A stretch of DNA of 64,000 bases. Origin: Subdoligranulum sp. CAG:314 (GTDB lineage Bacteria; Bacillota; Clostridia; Christensenellales; CAG-314). Positions 36,148 through 45,900 of this stretch are shown one piece after another; position 1 is the stretch's first letter, and each line of letters starts with the position of its first letter. Below the pieces are notes generated by a model. The model saw only the letters and a list, made by a program, of their open reading frames with translations. It did no database searches and was not told the DNA's origin. A program made the translations under genes and the position numbers. The stretch is taken from assembly GCA_000437915.1 (NCBI GenBank), contig FR900999.1, forward strand, positions 230,479 through 294,478. Reading direction: 5' to 3'.

Positions 36148-38517
36148 ATGGCAAGCTTAAAGAAATCTAAAAGCACGTTAGTCAGCTATACGCCCGCAGG
36201 TTGGTGGGCGGAAACGTGGCGCGAGGGACTGTTCTGCGGCAACGGAAAAATCGGCGCCAACATTTTCGGCGGAGCCGCTTTGGAGCAGATTCTGCTAAAT
36301 CATTCCGATTTGGTTTGGCAGGGCAGAATCAGCGTCGTGCCCGACGTAAGCGTTAAAATTTCTCAAGTGCGCAAACTTATAGACGAAGGCGAGTATGAAC
36401 AGGCCCGCGAGGTCATGCAAAAGGCTTTGATTCAGAAAAATTTTCGTCCGCAGCCGCATACGCCGCTTCCTTTGTGCGTCCTGAAAACCAAAATGACGAG
36501 CGACAACGCTCCGAAAAATTACGTAAGGGAGCTGAATATGGCTACGGGGGAAGCAACCGTAAGCTATTCGGACGGCTCCACCCGCATTGACAGAGCGCTG
36601 TTCGTATCAAGACACGACGACACGGTAGTTTACGAAATCACCAAAACAGGCGGCAGGTTTATCGATTGCGAGCTGTCCTTCGACCTTATGGACAAAATCA
36701 ACTGCCGCGCGCCCAACGCGCTTTCCTCGATGCCGGAAGGCGTCACCGCCCGATATGAACGGCAGTTTATGAGCTTTGCCGCCCGCAACGACGACGGCAC
36801 CGAGTTCGGCGCGGTGGCGAGAGTCACCCACAACGGCGGCAGTATGGAGCCGACGGACGCCTGTATCAAAATCACGGGAGCGACAAGCGTGCTGATTTGC
36901 GTAAAGCTGTTTGTCAATTCGGGCAAGGAGAAAGAGTGGAGCGCTTTGAAAAACGCTCTCTCGACAATCAAGGAGACCTATGCGCAGCTTTTAAAAAAGC
37001 ACAGCGCTATACATAGCAAACTTTTTTCTTCCGTTTCGGTGGATTTGGACAGCGCGGCGGACGACAAGCCGACAGACGAGCTGCGCCCCGACGGGGAAAA
37101 AGGACAGCTTTCGCCCGTGCTTGCTACGAAGCTGTGGAATTTCGGCAGGTATCTTCTCCTGTCCGCAACCTCTCAGACAGGAAAAACCTTCAACCCTTAC
37201 GGCTTGTGGAACGGCTCTTACAAACCCGTCGGAGCATGGGTGAATTACGTCGGAGAAATGCAGTCGGTTTATCAATCCGCGCTTGCCGGCGACCTTGCGT
37301 CCTTTTTGGAGCCGGTATTTAACTTCTGGCAGGCGAATTTCGGAGACTTAAGAGACAATGCAATCAGACTTTTCGGCGTGAGAGGGGCGTTTTTGCCGCC
37401 TGTTACGACGGTTTCGTCGGGGCGTCTCGGTCTTGTCGACGCAAGGGAAGTTTACTTCACGGGCTGCGCAGGCTGGTTGGCGGCGCTTTATTACAGATAT
37501 TACGAATTTACCAAAGACCAAAAATTTCTCAAAAATACGGCTTTCCCTCTGATGCGCGAGGCGGCGGAGTTTTATCTTAATCTTATGTCGTCAGGCGCGG
37601 ACGGCTCTGTTACGTTAAATCCTTCGTTTGTGCCGTCCTGCGGCAGACAGAACGAGCTGGGACGCAATGCAAACGGCGATTTCGCGGTGTTCCGCAGTCT
37701 GCTTAAAAATCTGCTGAAAATTTCTTCCGAGGTGCGGGCCGACGAAAGGGACGTGGAGCGTTGGAGAGACGCGCTAGAAAAGCTGCCTTCGGAGTTTACC
37801 GACAGCGAGGGACTGCTGCGCGATTTCAAAATGCGCGCAACCGATTTTTCGGGGGAGAGCACATACAGCTTGTTTTCCGCCTTCGCCTCGACCGACGTGG
37901 ACTTTTTGTGCAGCGAGGAAACGCTGCGTTCTTATACGGCGACAGTGAAAAAGCGTCTTGCGGAAAGCCGTGATTCTCAAACGGCTATGGGCATGAGCAA
38001 CCTTGCGGCGGTTTGCGCGAGATTGGGCTTGAAGCAGCAGGCGTCGGACGCGCTTCACAATCTGACGGCGGGGTGTATGCTGAACAATCTCGTCTTTTCC
38101 GAGTCGGATTGGAGAAGCATGGGACGCTGCGGCTACAAGGTATGGCCTCAGCTGATGCTGAGTGCCAATATCGCTTTTTCCGGAGTAGTGCAGGAAATGT
38201 TGCTTTACAGCAAGGAGGGAGTGCTCAAAGTTCTTCCGTGCCTGCCTTCAAATTGGAAAAATCTGGAAGTAAAGGGGCTTGCCGCGGCGGGAGGTCTTAC
38301 CGTAAATATGAATCTGTCGTCGAAATCAAGACTGCTCAATCTGGAAATCAAAGCCTCGAAATCAGCGTCCTTTGACCTGTATCTGCCAAACGAAACGAAA
38401 AAGCTCAAAAAGAGCAACGTCGCAACCTCTCTCGACGACGGCGACCTGTTCAAGAGTATCAAAAACATAAATCTTTCCGCAGGAAAAGCGGCTACATTTG
38501 TTTTCCTTATGAATTAA
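36148..38517 (+). CDS. Glycoside hydrolase, GH95-like (alpha-L-fucosidase family)
   Basis: 789 aa. N-terminus W.E..FCGNGKIGANIFGG....ILLNHSDLW matches the GH95 N-terminal block. No signal peptide seen. Confidence 0.7.
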   Translation: MASLKKSKSTLVSYTPAGWWAETWREGLFCGNGKIGANIFGGAALEQILLNHSDLVWQGRISVVPDVSVKISQVRKLIDEGEYEQAREVMQKALIQKNFRPQPHTPLPLCVLKTKMTSDNAPKNYVRELNMATGEATVSYSDGSTRIDRALFVSRHDDTVVYEITKTGGRFIDCELSFDLMDKINCRAPNALSSMPEGVTARYERQFMSFAARNDDGTEFGAVARVTHNGGSMEPTDACIKITGATSVLICVKLFVNSGKEKEWSALKNALSTIKETYAQLLKKHSAIHSKLFSSVSVDLDSAADDKPTDELRPDGEKGQLSPVLATKLWNFGRYLLLSATSQTGKTFNPYGLWNGSYKPVGAWVNYVGEMQSVYQSALAGDLASFLEPVFNFWQANFGDLRDNAIRLFGVRGAFLPPVTTVSSGRLGLVDAREVYFTGCAGWLAALYYRYYEFTKDQKFLKNTAFPLMREAAEFYLNLMSSGADGSVTLNPSFVPSCGRQNELGRNANGDFAVFRSLLKNLLKISSEVRADERDVERWRDALEKLPSEFTDSEGLLRDFKMRATDFSGESTYSLFSAFASTDVDFLCSEETLRSYTATVKKRLAESRDSQTAMGMSNLAAVCARLGLKQQASDALHNLTAGCMLNNLVFSESDWRSMGRCGYKVWPQLMLSANIAFSGVVQEMLLYSKEGVLKVLPCLPSNWKNLEVKGLAAAGGLTVNMNLSSKSRLLNLEIKASKSASFDLYLPNETKKLKKSNVATSLDDGDLFKSIKNINLSAGKAATFVFLMN

Positions 38518-38547
38518 AAAAAACGACCGTTCAAACGGTCGTTTTTT

Positions 38548-40023
38548 TCAGTCGTTTTCAGGATTAAGATTTGTCGCGGCAACAATAGGGGAGTTCTCCT
38601 CGTCGGAAGACTGTGACGGCGGGGATTTTAGATTGGAGAATAAGTCTTTGTTCTGCCATTTGTTTCCGAAATATCTTACCAACGCCCAAATCATGCCTGC
38701 GAACCATGCCGTGCCGGACGCGGCAAACACTCCCACGTAACCGAAGAAATGGTTGAGAACAAAAGCGGCTGTGATTCTTACCGCAAAACTGAAAATGTTT
38801 ACACTCATGGCGGTTACCGTGTCGCCCGCGCCGCTCAAAAGCCGCGTGGTTAGGTGCATGACTGCAAGAACAAAATACGACGGCACCATAATGGAGATGA
38901 ACGTACCCGTTATGCCGATAACGCTCTGTATATCGACGTTTGTGCCTTCCGTCGCGCTGCTGTCGAGAGAGATGAACAGCGAAGCTATGTCGTGTCTGAA
39001 AATCAGCACAAGTCCGCCCAGTATAACGGTTGTGACGAAGGTTATCAGAAGCGTCTGCCAAAATCCTTTTTTAATGCGCTCGGTTTTTCCCGCCCCCTTG
39101 TTTTGCGCGGCAAAGGTCGAAAGCGTTGTGCCGAAGCTCTGAATTTCCATATTCATTATTTCGTCGATTCTGTTGCCCAGCCCGTATGCAATGGTCAACT
39201 CGGCGCCGTGGCCGTTGACAAGCATATTGACCACGAGAAAACCGCTGCTTGTCACAAGCTGTTGAATAAGAGAGGGTATAGCGGCTTTGTTTATGCTTTT
39301 AAAATACTCTCCGCTGAAACGGAAATCTTTTAACCGCACTCGGAGGATTGGTATTTTTATCTGCATATAGACAAATGCAAGCACGGCGGATAAAAATTGA
39401 GCAATCAGCGTTGCGACCGCCACGCCGACCACACCCATATGAAAAACGGCGACGAACAAAATATCCAGACCGAGATTCAATACGGTGCTGGAAATAAGTA
39501 TAACAAGCGGAGCCGCCGAATTGCCTACCGATTTGAGTATCATGTTGAAGGTGTTGTACATGACGACGGCAATGGAACCGAGAAAATAAATTTGAAGATA
39601 AGCGGTAGTTCCTTCAATTTGTTCGGGGCTTACTTTAAGCAGCTTTAAGAGTGGTTTTGTTCCGAAATAACCTATTACCGTTACAAGCAGGCTTGCGACT
39701 AACATGGTTATCAGAATGGTGTTAAGCGACTTTTTTATGCCGACCTCGTCTTTTTTGGAAAAAAGCTGGCTTAAAATAACTACCGCGCCCGTGAGAAAGC
39801 CGTTGGTTACGGTTAGTATAAGAAAAATAACGGGCATTGAGGCCGTTATGGAACCGTATGCCACGGCTCCGTCGGTTTTGCCTATGACTATTGCGTCCGC
39901 CCAGCTGTAAAACAGTTGAAAAATGTTTCCGATTATCAGCGGTATGGAAAATACAATGATTTTTTTGAAAGATGAGCCTTCGGTGAGGTCCATAGTACCT
40001 TTTTTTTCTTTGACCGCGTCCAT
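38548..40023 (-). CDS. MATE family efflux transporter
   Basis: 491 aa with 12 TM helices. N-terminus FKKIIVFSIPLIIGNIFQLFYSWADAIVIGK. Confidence 0.9.
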   Translation of the reverse strand: MDAVKEKKGTMDLTEGSSFKKIIVFSIPLIIGNIFQLFYSWADAIVIGKTDGAVAYGSITASMPVIFLILTVTNGFLTGAVVILSQLFSKKDEVGIKKSLNTILITMLVASLLVTVIGYFGTKPLLKLLKVSPEQIEGTTAYLQIYFLGSIAVVMYNTFNMILKSVGNSAAPLVILISSTVLNLGLDILFVAVFHMGVVGVAVATLIAQFLSAVLAFVYMQIKIPILRVRLKDFRFSGEYFKSINKAAIPSLIQQLVTSSGFLVVNMLVNGHGAELTIAYGLGNRIDEIMNMEIQSFGTTLSTFAAQNKGAGKTERIKKGFWQTLLITFVTTVILGGLVLIFRHDIASLFISLDSSATEGTNVDIQSVIGITGTFISIMVPSYFVLAVMHLTTRLLSGAGDTVTAMSVNIFSFAVRITAAFVLNHFFGYVGVFAASGTAWFAGMIWALVRYFGNKWQNKDLFSNLKSPPSQSSDEENSPIVAATNLNPEND

Positions 40024-40182
40024 GACGATTATATTACACTTTTAACCTCGAAAAGGCAATTTTTATATCGGAGCAACAAATAAAATTTGAGTGAAACGCG
40101 CGGCTATGTTTGACAAAACGGGTTGACTTATATATTATTAAAGAAGAACGGCAAACGCTTTGCTTTGCCGGAGGTGAGAGAA

Positions 40183-40653
40183 ATGAAATGTGTTTACTGC
40201 GGCTGCGAGGTGCTTAAAGTTATCGATTCCAGACCCGTGGACGAAACAAACGCAATCCGGCGGCGCCGGGAGTGCGCCAAATGCGGCAGAAGATTCACCA
40301 CATACGAAACGGTGGAAACAATGCCTTTGCTCGTGGTAAAAAACAGCGGAAACAGGCAGCAGTTCGACCCGGTAAAGCTCAAAAACGGAATCATAAAGTC
40401 CTGTGAAAAGCGCCCCGTATCCGCCGAAAAAATCGACAGACTGGTGGAGGACATTCAAAAACAGCTTTACAACACGCTGAAATCGGAAATTTCCAGCAAG
40501 GAAATAGGCGAGCTTGTTATGGACGGGCTCAAAAAGATAGACGAGGTTGCTTACATCAGATTTGCGTCTGTTTACAGACAATTTAAGGACAGCAACACCT
40601 TTTTTGAAGAAATGAAAAAGATTTTCGACGAAAAAGAACACAAGGAGAGTTGA
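40183..40653 (+). CDS. nrdR: Transcriptional repressor NrdR
   Basis: MKCVYCG....V.DSRP......IRRRRECAKCGRRFTTYE is the zinc ribbon, followed by an ATP-cone. RBS GGAGGTGAG. Confidence 0.95.
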   Translation: MKCVYCGCEVLKVIDSRPVDETNAIRRRRECAKCGRRFTTYETVETMPLLVVKNSGNRQQFDPVKLKNGIIKSCEKRPVSAEKIDRLVEDIQKQLYNTLKSEISSKEIGELVMDGLKKIDEVAYIRFASVYRQFKDSNTFFEEMKKIFDEKEHKES

Positions 40654-40662
40654 TTTTATTCG

Positions 40663-41742
40663 ATGATAGCCGACGATTTGTTGTTTACATACAGAAAATA
40701 TCCTCTTATGCGGGCGCAGGATTTTGTAAAAATGCTCTATCAGGGCGAGTACGGCGGCGCGCACGGAAACAACGACGACCTTGCGGCGGCAGATTCTTTG
40801 AAAAAGGAAATCAAAAGCATGAAGCCCGTTTCCTTCAAGGAGGAGCTTGTCGAGGATATTTCCGCAAATTTTGCCCGCGTCAACCTGAGACCTTTCGTCG
40901 CGTCGGGTAAAAATGTCGAGACGCTGCGGGAAATGTTCGTCAAAAGCCGCGCAAAAAGCGCAAGCCGCGAAAGACTTGACAGAAAGCTGGAAATTTTTAC
41001 CGAGCAGTGCTGCGTCAGAAAAATCGATTTGCCTTATTTGACTGTTAAAAAATTCGTAAACGAATACAAAGCGGCGGACTATCCCGTAGAGAGTCACTCG
41101 ATGACTTACAGATTGAATTATTTTCCCGCGTACAGGGTGGTGCGAAGAGATTTTTTCGGTTTGTTCGATATTATCGACAGCATAAATTCGCTGCTCAAAG
41201 CGCAGACCAATCTGATTGTCGCAATCGACGGTATGAGCGGCAGCGGCAAGACGTACACTGCGGAAAAACTGAAAGAATATTTCGACTGCAACATTATTCA
41301 TACCGACGATTTCTTTTTGCCGTCAAATATGAGAACGCCCGAACGACTGTCGAAAATAGGGGGCAATATCCATTTTGAAAGACTTGCGCCGCTTTTAAAA
41401 AGCATAAAGAAGGGCGACGCGCCCGTTTTCGACAGATACGACTGCAAAACAGATTCTTTTGAAAAGGCGGAAATGCCGCCAAAGCGTCTTACGATTGTCG
41501 AAGGGTGTTACAGCCTGCATCAATCGCTTATAAACTGCTATGACGGCGCGGCGCTGTTCAAGGTAAACGGCGACGTGCAGTTGAAAAGGATACTTGACAG
41601 AAGCGGCGCGGAAATGCTGAAAAGATACCGCGAAGAGTGGATACCTATGGAAAACAGGTATTTTGAAGCAGTAAATCTTGCGCAGCTGCCGGTAAAGGTA
41701 GTTGACACGTCCGACAGAAAAATTTTAAAAACGGATTTCTGA
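40663..41742 (+). CDS. Two-domain protein: uncharacterised N-terminal domain plus a C-terminal P-loop kinase (uridine kinase/PRK-like)
   Basis: Walker A in IVAIDGMSGSGKTYTAEKL, followed by IIHTDDFF. Starts 10 nt after the nrdR stop. Confidence 0.7.
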   Translation: MIADDLLFTYRKYPLMRAQDFVKMLYQGEYGGAHGNNDDLAAADSLKKEIKSMKPVSFKEELVEDISANFARVNLRPFVASGKNVETLREMFVKSRAKSASRERLDRKLEIFTEQCCVRKIDLPYLTVKKFVNEYKAADYPVESHSMTYRLNYFPAYRVVRRDFFGLFDIIDSINSLLKAQTNLIVAIDGMSGSGKTYTAEKLKEYFDCNIIHTDDFFLPSNMRTPERLSKIGGNIHFERLAPLLKSIKKGDAPVFDRYDCKTDSFEKAEMPPKRLTIVEGCYSLHQSLINCYDGAALFKVNGDVQLKRILDRSGAEMLKRYREEWIPMENRYFEAVNLAQLPVKVVDTSDRKILKTDF

Positions 41743-41750
41743 ACCTGTGA

Positions 41751-41787
41751 AAACCTCCCGAAAAATATTTTCGGGAGGTTTTTTTGT
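41751..41787 (+). terminator. Intrinsic terminator after the nrdR operon
   Basis: Hairpin AACCTCCCGAAAA-TA-TTTTCGGGAGGTT followed by a T-run. Confidence 0.8.
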
Positions 41788-41846
41788 TTGACATAAAAAG
41801 CCGTTGATATTAATATAGTTGCATTAGCAACAGTTGCGTGTGCAAC
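41788..41846 (+). promoter_or_regulatory. Promoter plus two tandem palindromic operators of the MarR-ABC operon
   Basis: TTGACA, 17-nt spacer, TAATAT. Then GTTGC-ATTA-GCAAC (41818-41831) and GTTGC-GTGT-GCAAC (41833-41846). Confidence 0.6.
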
Positions 41847-41859
41847 TAAAAGGTGCGAT

Positions 41860-42303
41860 ATGGCAAATTTGATGAGAATGATAAACGAAATTTACCGTTG
41901 CGGCGCTCTTTACCGCACCGTCAGACTTGAAAGCGACGGATTAAACGGGTTGCAGACGGCGTTTTTGATGAATATCTGCTCGAACGAAGGAACAACGCAG
42001 GAGAAAATCGCGCGTTCTTTGTACATACACAAAAGCACCGTTACCCGACAGCTTGCGGCTCTCGAAGAAAAGGGGTATATCGAAAGGCGCGTGGACGAAA
42101 ACGACAAACGCAATATGTTGGTTTTTCCCACGGAAAAGGCAAAGGAAATTCTGCCGAAAATCAAGCTCGTATTCAGGGAGTGGAGGGAATATTTGACGGA
42201 GGAGCTTACCGAGGAAGAAAAACGGAATATGGAAGGAATACTGACAAAGCTTGCCGACAGAGCTAAAAAATCGGTTTCGTCAACGGAGGCGGACGTACAA
42301 TGA
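41860..42303 (+). CDS. MarR family transcriptional regulator
   Basis: Winged-helix segment TQEKIARSLYIHKSTVTRQLAALEEKGYIER..D..DKR. Confidence 0.85.
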   Translation: MANLMRMINEIYRCGALYRTVRLESDGLNGLQTAFLMNICSNEGTTQEKIARSLYIHKSTVTRQLAALEEKGYIERRVDENDKRNMLVFPTEKAKEILPKIKLVFREWREYLTEELTEEEKRNMEGILTKLADRAKKSVSSTEADVQ

Positions 42304-44024
42304 TTACGCTCGGACATTACTTGAAACCGTATTCGAAGCGCATAGCGTTGGGTACGGTCATAAAAATCGTGGGAACAATAACCGAACTTTTTTTGCCTTG
42401 GATTTTGTCCTATATGATTGACGAAGTCGCGCCCGAGAAAAACGTCGCGCGTATTTTTCTGTGGGGAGCCGTTATGCTTGCCTGCGCGGTGGTTGCTCTT
42501 TTGGGAAACATAACGGCAAACCGCATGGCGTCAAAGGTGGCGCGCGACACAACGGAAAGTATGCGTTTCGATTTGTTTGACAAAACGCTCAACCTGTCGG
42601 CAAGACAGACGGACGGGTTTGCCATGCCCTCCCTTGTGTCAAGACTTTCGTCGGACACTTACAACGTGCACAATATGATAGGTATGATACAGCGGCTGGG
42701 TATACGCGCGCCTATGCTGCTGATTGGCGGGATTGTCGTGACTTTCATGGTCGAACCCGTGCTGGCGCTGGTTTTGCTGGCGACTATGCCTTTTCTTGTG
42801 CTGCTTGCCGTGCTCGTGGCTAAAAAAGGGACTTCTCTCTATACCAAACTGCAAAAAACAGTGGATACCATGGTGCGCAAAATTCGCGACATTTACAGCG
42901 GAATAAGGGTAATAAAGGCGTTATCCCGCACGGAATACGAAAAAAAGAGCTTTGAAACAATAAACAAAAATGTTTCGTCAAGCGAGACAAGAGCGGGACT
43001 TACCACAGGTGTGACCAATCCGATAATGAATTTGTTTCTCAATCTCGGTATGACTGCGGTCATCCTTGTCGGAGCCTATCGCGTGAGCGCGGGACTGACA
43101 AAGGCGGGGCAGATAATAGCGTTTATGACATATTTCACTCTCATGCTCAACGCAGTGATTTCCGTCGGGAGAATTTTCGTTATGTATTCAAAGGGCATTG
43201 CTTCTTCAAGACGCATTTGCGAGGTGCTCAACGCGCCCGCGGACCTTTTGACCGAAGAAATCGACCTCGAAGGGAGCTCGGAAGCGGATTCGGACCGAGC
43301 GCAAATCCGCTTTGAACACGTAAGCTTTTCTTACGACGGCGGCAAGGTACTTGACGACGTATCCTTTTCAATCGGCAAGGGCGAAACCTTCGGTATCATC
43401 GGGGCTACCGGCAGCGGCAAAACTACAATCATAATGCTTATGATGAGATTTTACGATGCGGACGAAGGCAATATCTACATTGACGGGAGAGATATACGTA
43501 CTTTTGACAAAAAGGAGTTGCGCAGGCGCTTCGGCGTGGTTTTTCAGAATGATTTTCTCTTTTCGGACACGGTAAGAAACAATGTCGATTTCCACAGAGG
43601 GATTTCCGACGGGGAATTGGAAAAAGCGCTTAAATTCGCACAGGCAGACTTTATATTCGGAAACGACGAGGGATTAAATTACGGACTTGCCGCAAAGGGA
43701 GCTAATTTCAGCGGCGGTCAAAAGCAACGGCTGCTTGTCGCGCGCGCCTTGTCGGGCGAAAAGGACGTAATAGTGCTGGACGACTCTTCAAGCGCGCTTG
43801 ACTACAAGACGGACGCCGCATTGAGGAAGGCTCTCAAAGAAAATTTTTCCGACAAAACAATAATAATGATTGCCCAACGAATAAGCTCGGTAAGACACGC
43901 CGACAAAATTCTCGTCCTTGACAACGGCAAAGCGGCGGGGCTTGGCAGCGACGAAGAGCTGCGCGAAAGTTGTCCGCTTTACGGAGAAATTCTGCGTTCC
44001 CAAGGAGGCTGCTCAGATGAATAA
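42300..44024 (+). CDS. ABC transporter, fused permease/ATP-binding subunit (exporter type)
   Basis: Six N-terminal TM helices, Walker A GATGSGKTT, signature FSGGQKQR, Walker B VIVLDD. Confidence 0.9.
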   Translation: MITLGHYLKPYSKRIALGTVIKIVGTITELFLPWILSYMIDEVAPEKNVARIFLWGAVMLACAVVALLGNITANRMASKVARDTTESMRFDLFDKTLNLSARQTDGFAMPSLVSRLSSDTYNVHNMIGMIQRLGIRAPMLLIGGIVVTFMVEPVLALVLLATMPFLVLLAVLVAKKGTSLYTKLQKTVDTMVRKIRDIYSGIRVIKALSRTEYEKKSFETINKNVSSSETRAGLTTGVTNPIMNLFLNLGMTAVILVGAYRVSAGLTKAGQIIAFMTYFTLMLNAVISVGRIFVMYSKGIASSRRICEVLNAPADLLTEEIDLEGSSEADSDRAQIRFEHVSFSYDGGKVLDDVSFSIGKGETFGIIGATGSGKTTIIMLMMRFYDADEGNIYIDGRDIRTFDKKELRRRFGVVFQNDFLFSDTVRNNVDFHRGISDGELEKALKFAQADFIFGNDEGLNYGLAAKGANFSGGQKQRLLVARALSGEKDVIVLDDSSSALDYKTDAALRKALKENFSDKTIIMIAQRISSVRHADKILVLDNGKAAGLGSDEELRESCPLYGEILRSQGGCSDE

Positions 44025-45777
44025 AGTTCCGACTGCGAGAAAAAGAAAAAGCGCCGTTTTGCTGCGCATGGGGAAATATTTTGCGCGGCACAAGCTGTTG
44101 GTTGCGCTGGCGTTTTTTCTGACAATCGCAAGCAACCTTCTCGCGCTTTTGGGACCTTATCTTTCGGGGCGCGCAATCAACGCGATAGACACGCCCGACG
44201 GCATTGTGGATTTTGACAGCGTATTTTTTTATTGTGCGCTTATGGCTCTGTTTTACATAGCTTCGGCTGCAATGTCCTATCTTTTGAGCGTGGTTATGAT
44301 AAAGCTGAGCCAAAAAATAGTCAGGCAAATGAGGCGCGACGTTTTCAACAAGCTTATGAGCCTGCCCGTAGGTTTTTTCGACAAGTTGCAGGCGGGCGAC
44401 CTGATAAACCGAATTTCTTACGATATCGACACGGTGAACGCTTCGCTTTCCAACGACATAATTCAGATTTCCACGGGTGTCATTACCGTCGTCGGTTCTT
44501 TCATAAGTATGCTTGTTATTTCACCCGTTCTGCTGTCGGTATTTGTCGTAACCATTCCCTTATCGGTGATTTTTACGATAAAAAAGAGCAAATCCTTGCA
44601 GCCGTATTTCCGCGCAAGGTCGGGAAAGCTTGCGGGGCTTAACGGATATGCGGAAGAAATGCTGTCGGGAGTAAAAACAATCAGAGCTTACGGCAGGGAG
44701 AAAAAAATTTCCGAGCAGTTTGCCGAAAGAAACACCGACGCGTCGGACGCCTATTACAACGCGGATTACCACAGTTGCAGCGTCGGACCTGCCGTCAACT
44801 TTATCAACAACCTGTCAATGGTGCTGATAAGCTCGGCAGGAGCGCTTTTGTATATGGCAAACAAAGTGGCGGTAGGCGACATAGGCTCGATGATTATGTA
44901 TTCGAGAAAGTTTGCCGGACCAATCAACGAATTTGCCAATATTACAACCGAAATTCAGTCGGCGGTTGCAGCCGCAGAGAGGATTTTCAATCTGCTCGAC
45001 AAGGAAAGCGAGCCTGAGGACGCGCCCGACGCAACCGCGCTTGTCGACGCTGTCGGCGACGTGGAGTTTAAAAACGTGGAATTCGGTTATCTTGAAGGGG
45101 CGCCCGTGTTGAAAAATCTTTCTTTCAGGGCGGAGCACGGTCAGACTGTTGCCATAGTCGGACCTACCGGCGCGGGCAAAACCACGCTCGTCAATCTGCT
45201 TATGCGTTTTTACGACGCTTGGGGAGGCGAAATTCTTATTGACGGAAAAGCCGTCTCTTCATATACGCGCGACAGTCTGCGCGGCGCGTTTACCATGGTG
45301 CTTCAAGATACGTGGCTTTTCGACGGCACGGTTTTTGAAAATATAGCCTACGGCAGACCGGGAGCAACCCTCGACGACGTTCGGCGCGTCGCGCGGGCGG
45401 CTAATGTGGCGGATTACATAGAGTCGCTTCCCGACGGATACTGTTCGACGGTGGAGGACGGCGGGTTTAATCTGTCAAAGGGGCAAAAGCAGCTTATGAC
45501 TATCGCGCGGGCGATGCTGTCAGACGCAAAAATGCTCATACTCGACGAGGCTACAAGCAACGTGGATACACGCACCGAGCTTAAAATCCGAGACGCCATG
45601 CTCAAGCTGATGGAGGGACGCACCTGCTTCGTAATAGCGCACCGCCTGTCTACAATCGTAGACGCCGACCTTATACTTGTTGTCAAAGACGGCGACGTGG
45701 TGGAGCGCGGAAAGCACGCCGAGCTGTTGGCAAAAAACGGCTTTTACGCGGAAATATACCGCTCGCAATTTTCGTAA
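44017..45777 (+). CDS. ABC transporter, fused permease/ATP-binding subunit; likely the heterodimer partner
   Basis: Start at MNKVPTARK overlaps the upstream stop, with GGAGG upstream. Walker A GPTGAGKTT, signature LSKGQKQL, Walker B ILDEATS. Confidence 0.9.
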   Translation: MNKVPTARKRKSAVLLRMGKYFARHKLLVALAFFLTIASNLLALLGPYLSGRAINAIDTPDGIVDFDSVFFYCALMALFYIASAAMSYLLSVVMIKLSQKIVRQMRRDVFNKLMSLPVGFFDKLQAGDLINRISYDIDTVNASLSNDIIQISTGVITVVGSFISMLVISPVLLSVFVVTIPLSVIFTIKKSKSLQPYFRARSGKLAGLNGYAEEMLSGVKTIRAYGREKKISEQFAERNTDASDAYYNADYHSCSVGPAVNFINNLSMVLISSAGALLYMANKVAVGDIGSMIMYSRKFAGPINEFANITTEIQSAVAAAERIFNLLDKESEPEDAPDATALVDAVGDVEFKNVEFGYLEGAPVLKNLSFRAEHGQTVAIVGPTGAGKTTLVNLLMRFYDAWGGEILIDGKAVSSYTRDSLRGAFTMVLQDTWLFDGTVFENIAYGRPGATLDDVRRVARAANVADYIESLPDGYCSTVEDGGFNLSKGQKQLMTIARAMLSDAKMLILDEATSNVDTRTELKIRDAMLKLMEGRTCFVIAHRLSTIVDADLILVVKDGDVVERGKHAELLAKNGFYAEIYRSQFS

Positions 45778-45900
45778 GAAAAACGGCAGACAATTTGTCT
45801 GCCGTTTGTCAGTATCGATTTTGCCGCAATTGCCGATTTAATTTATCTGAATTTTCTCTTTCACAATGGTTTTTTGCCGAGAAAAATTTCTGCCGCGGCG

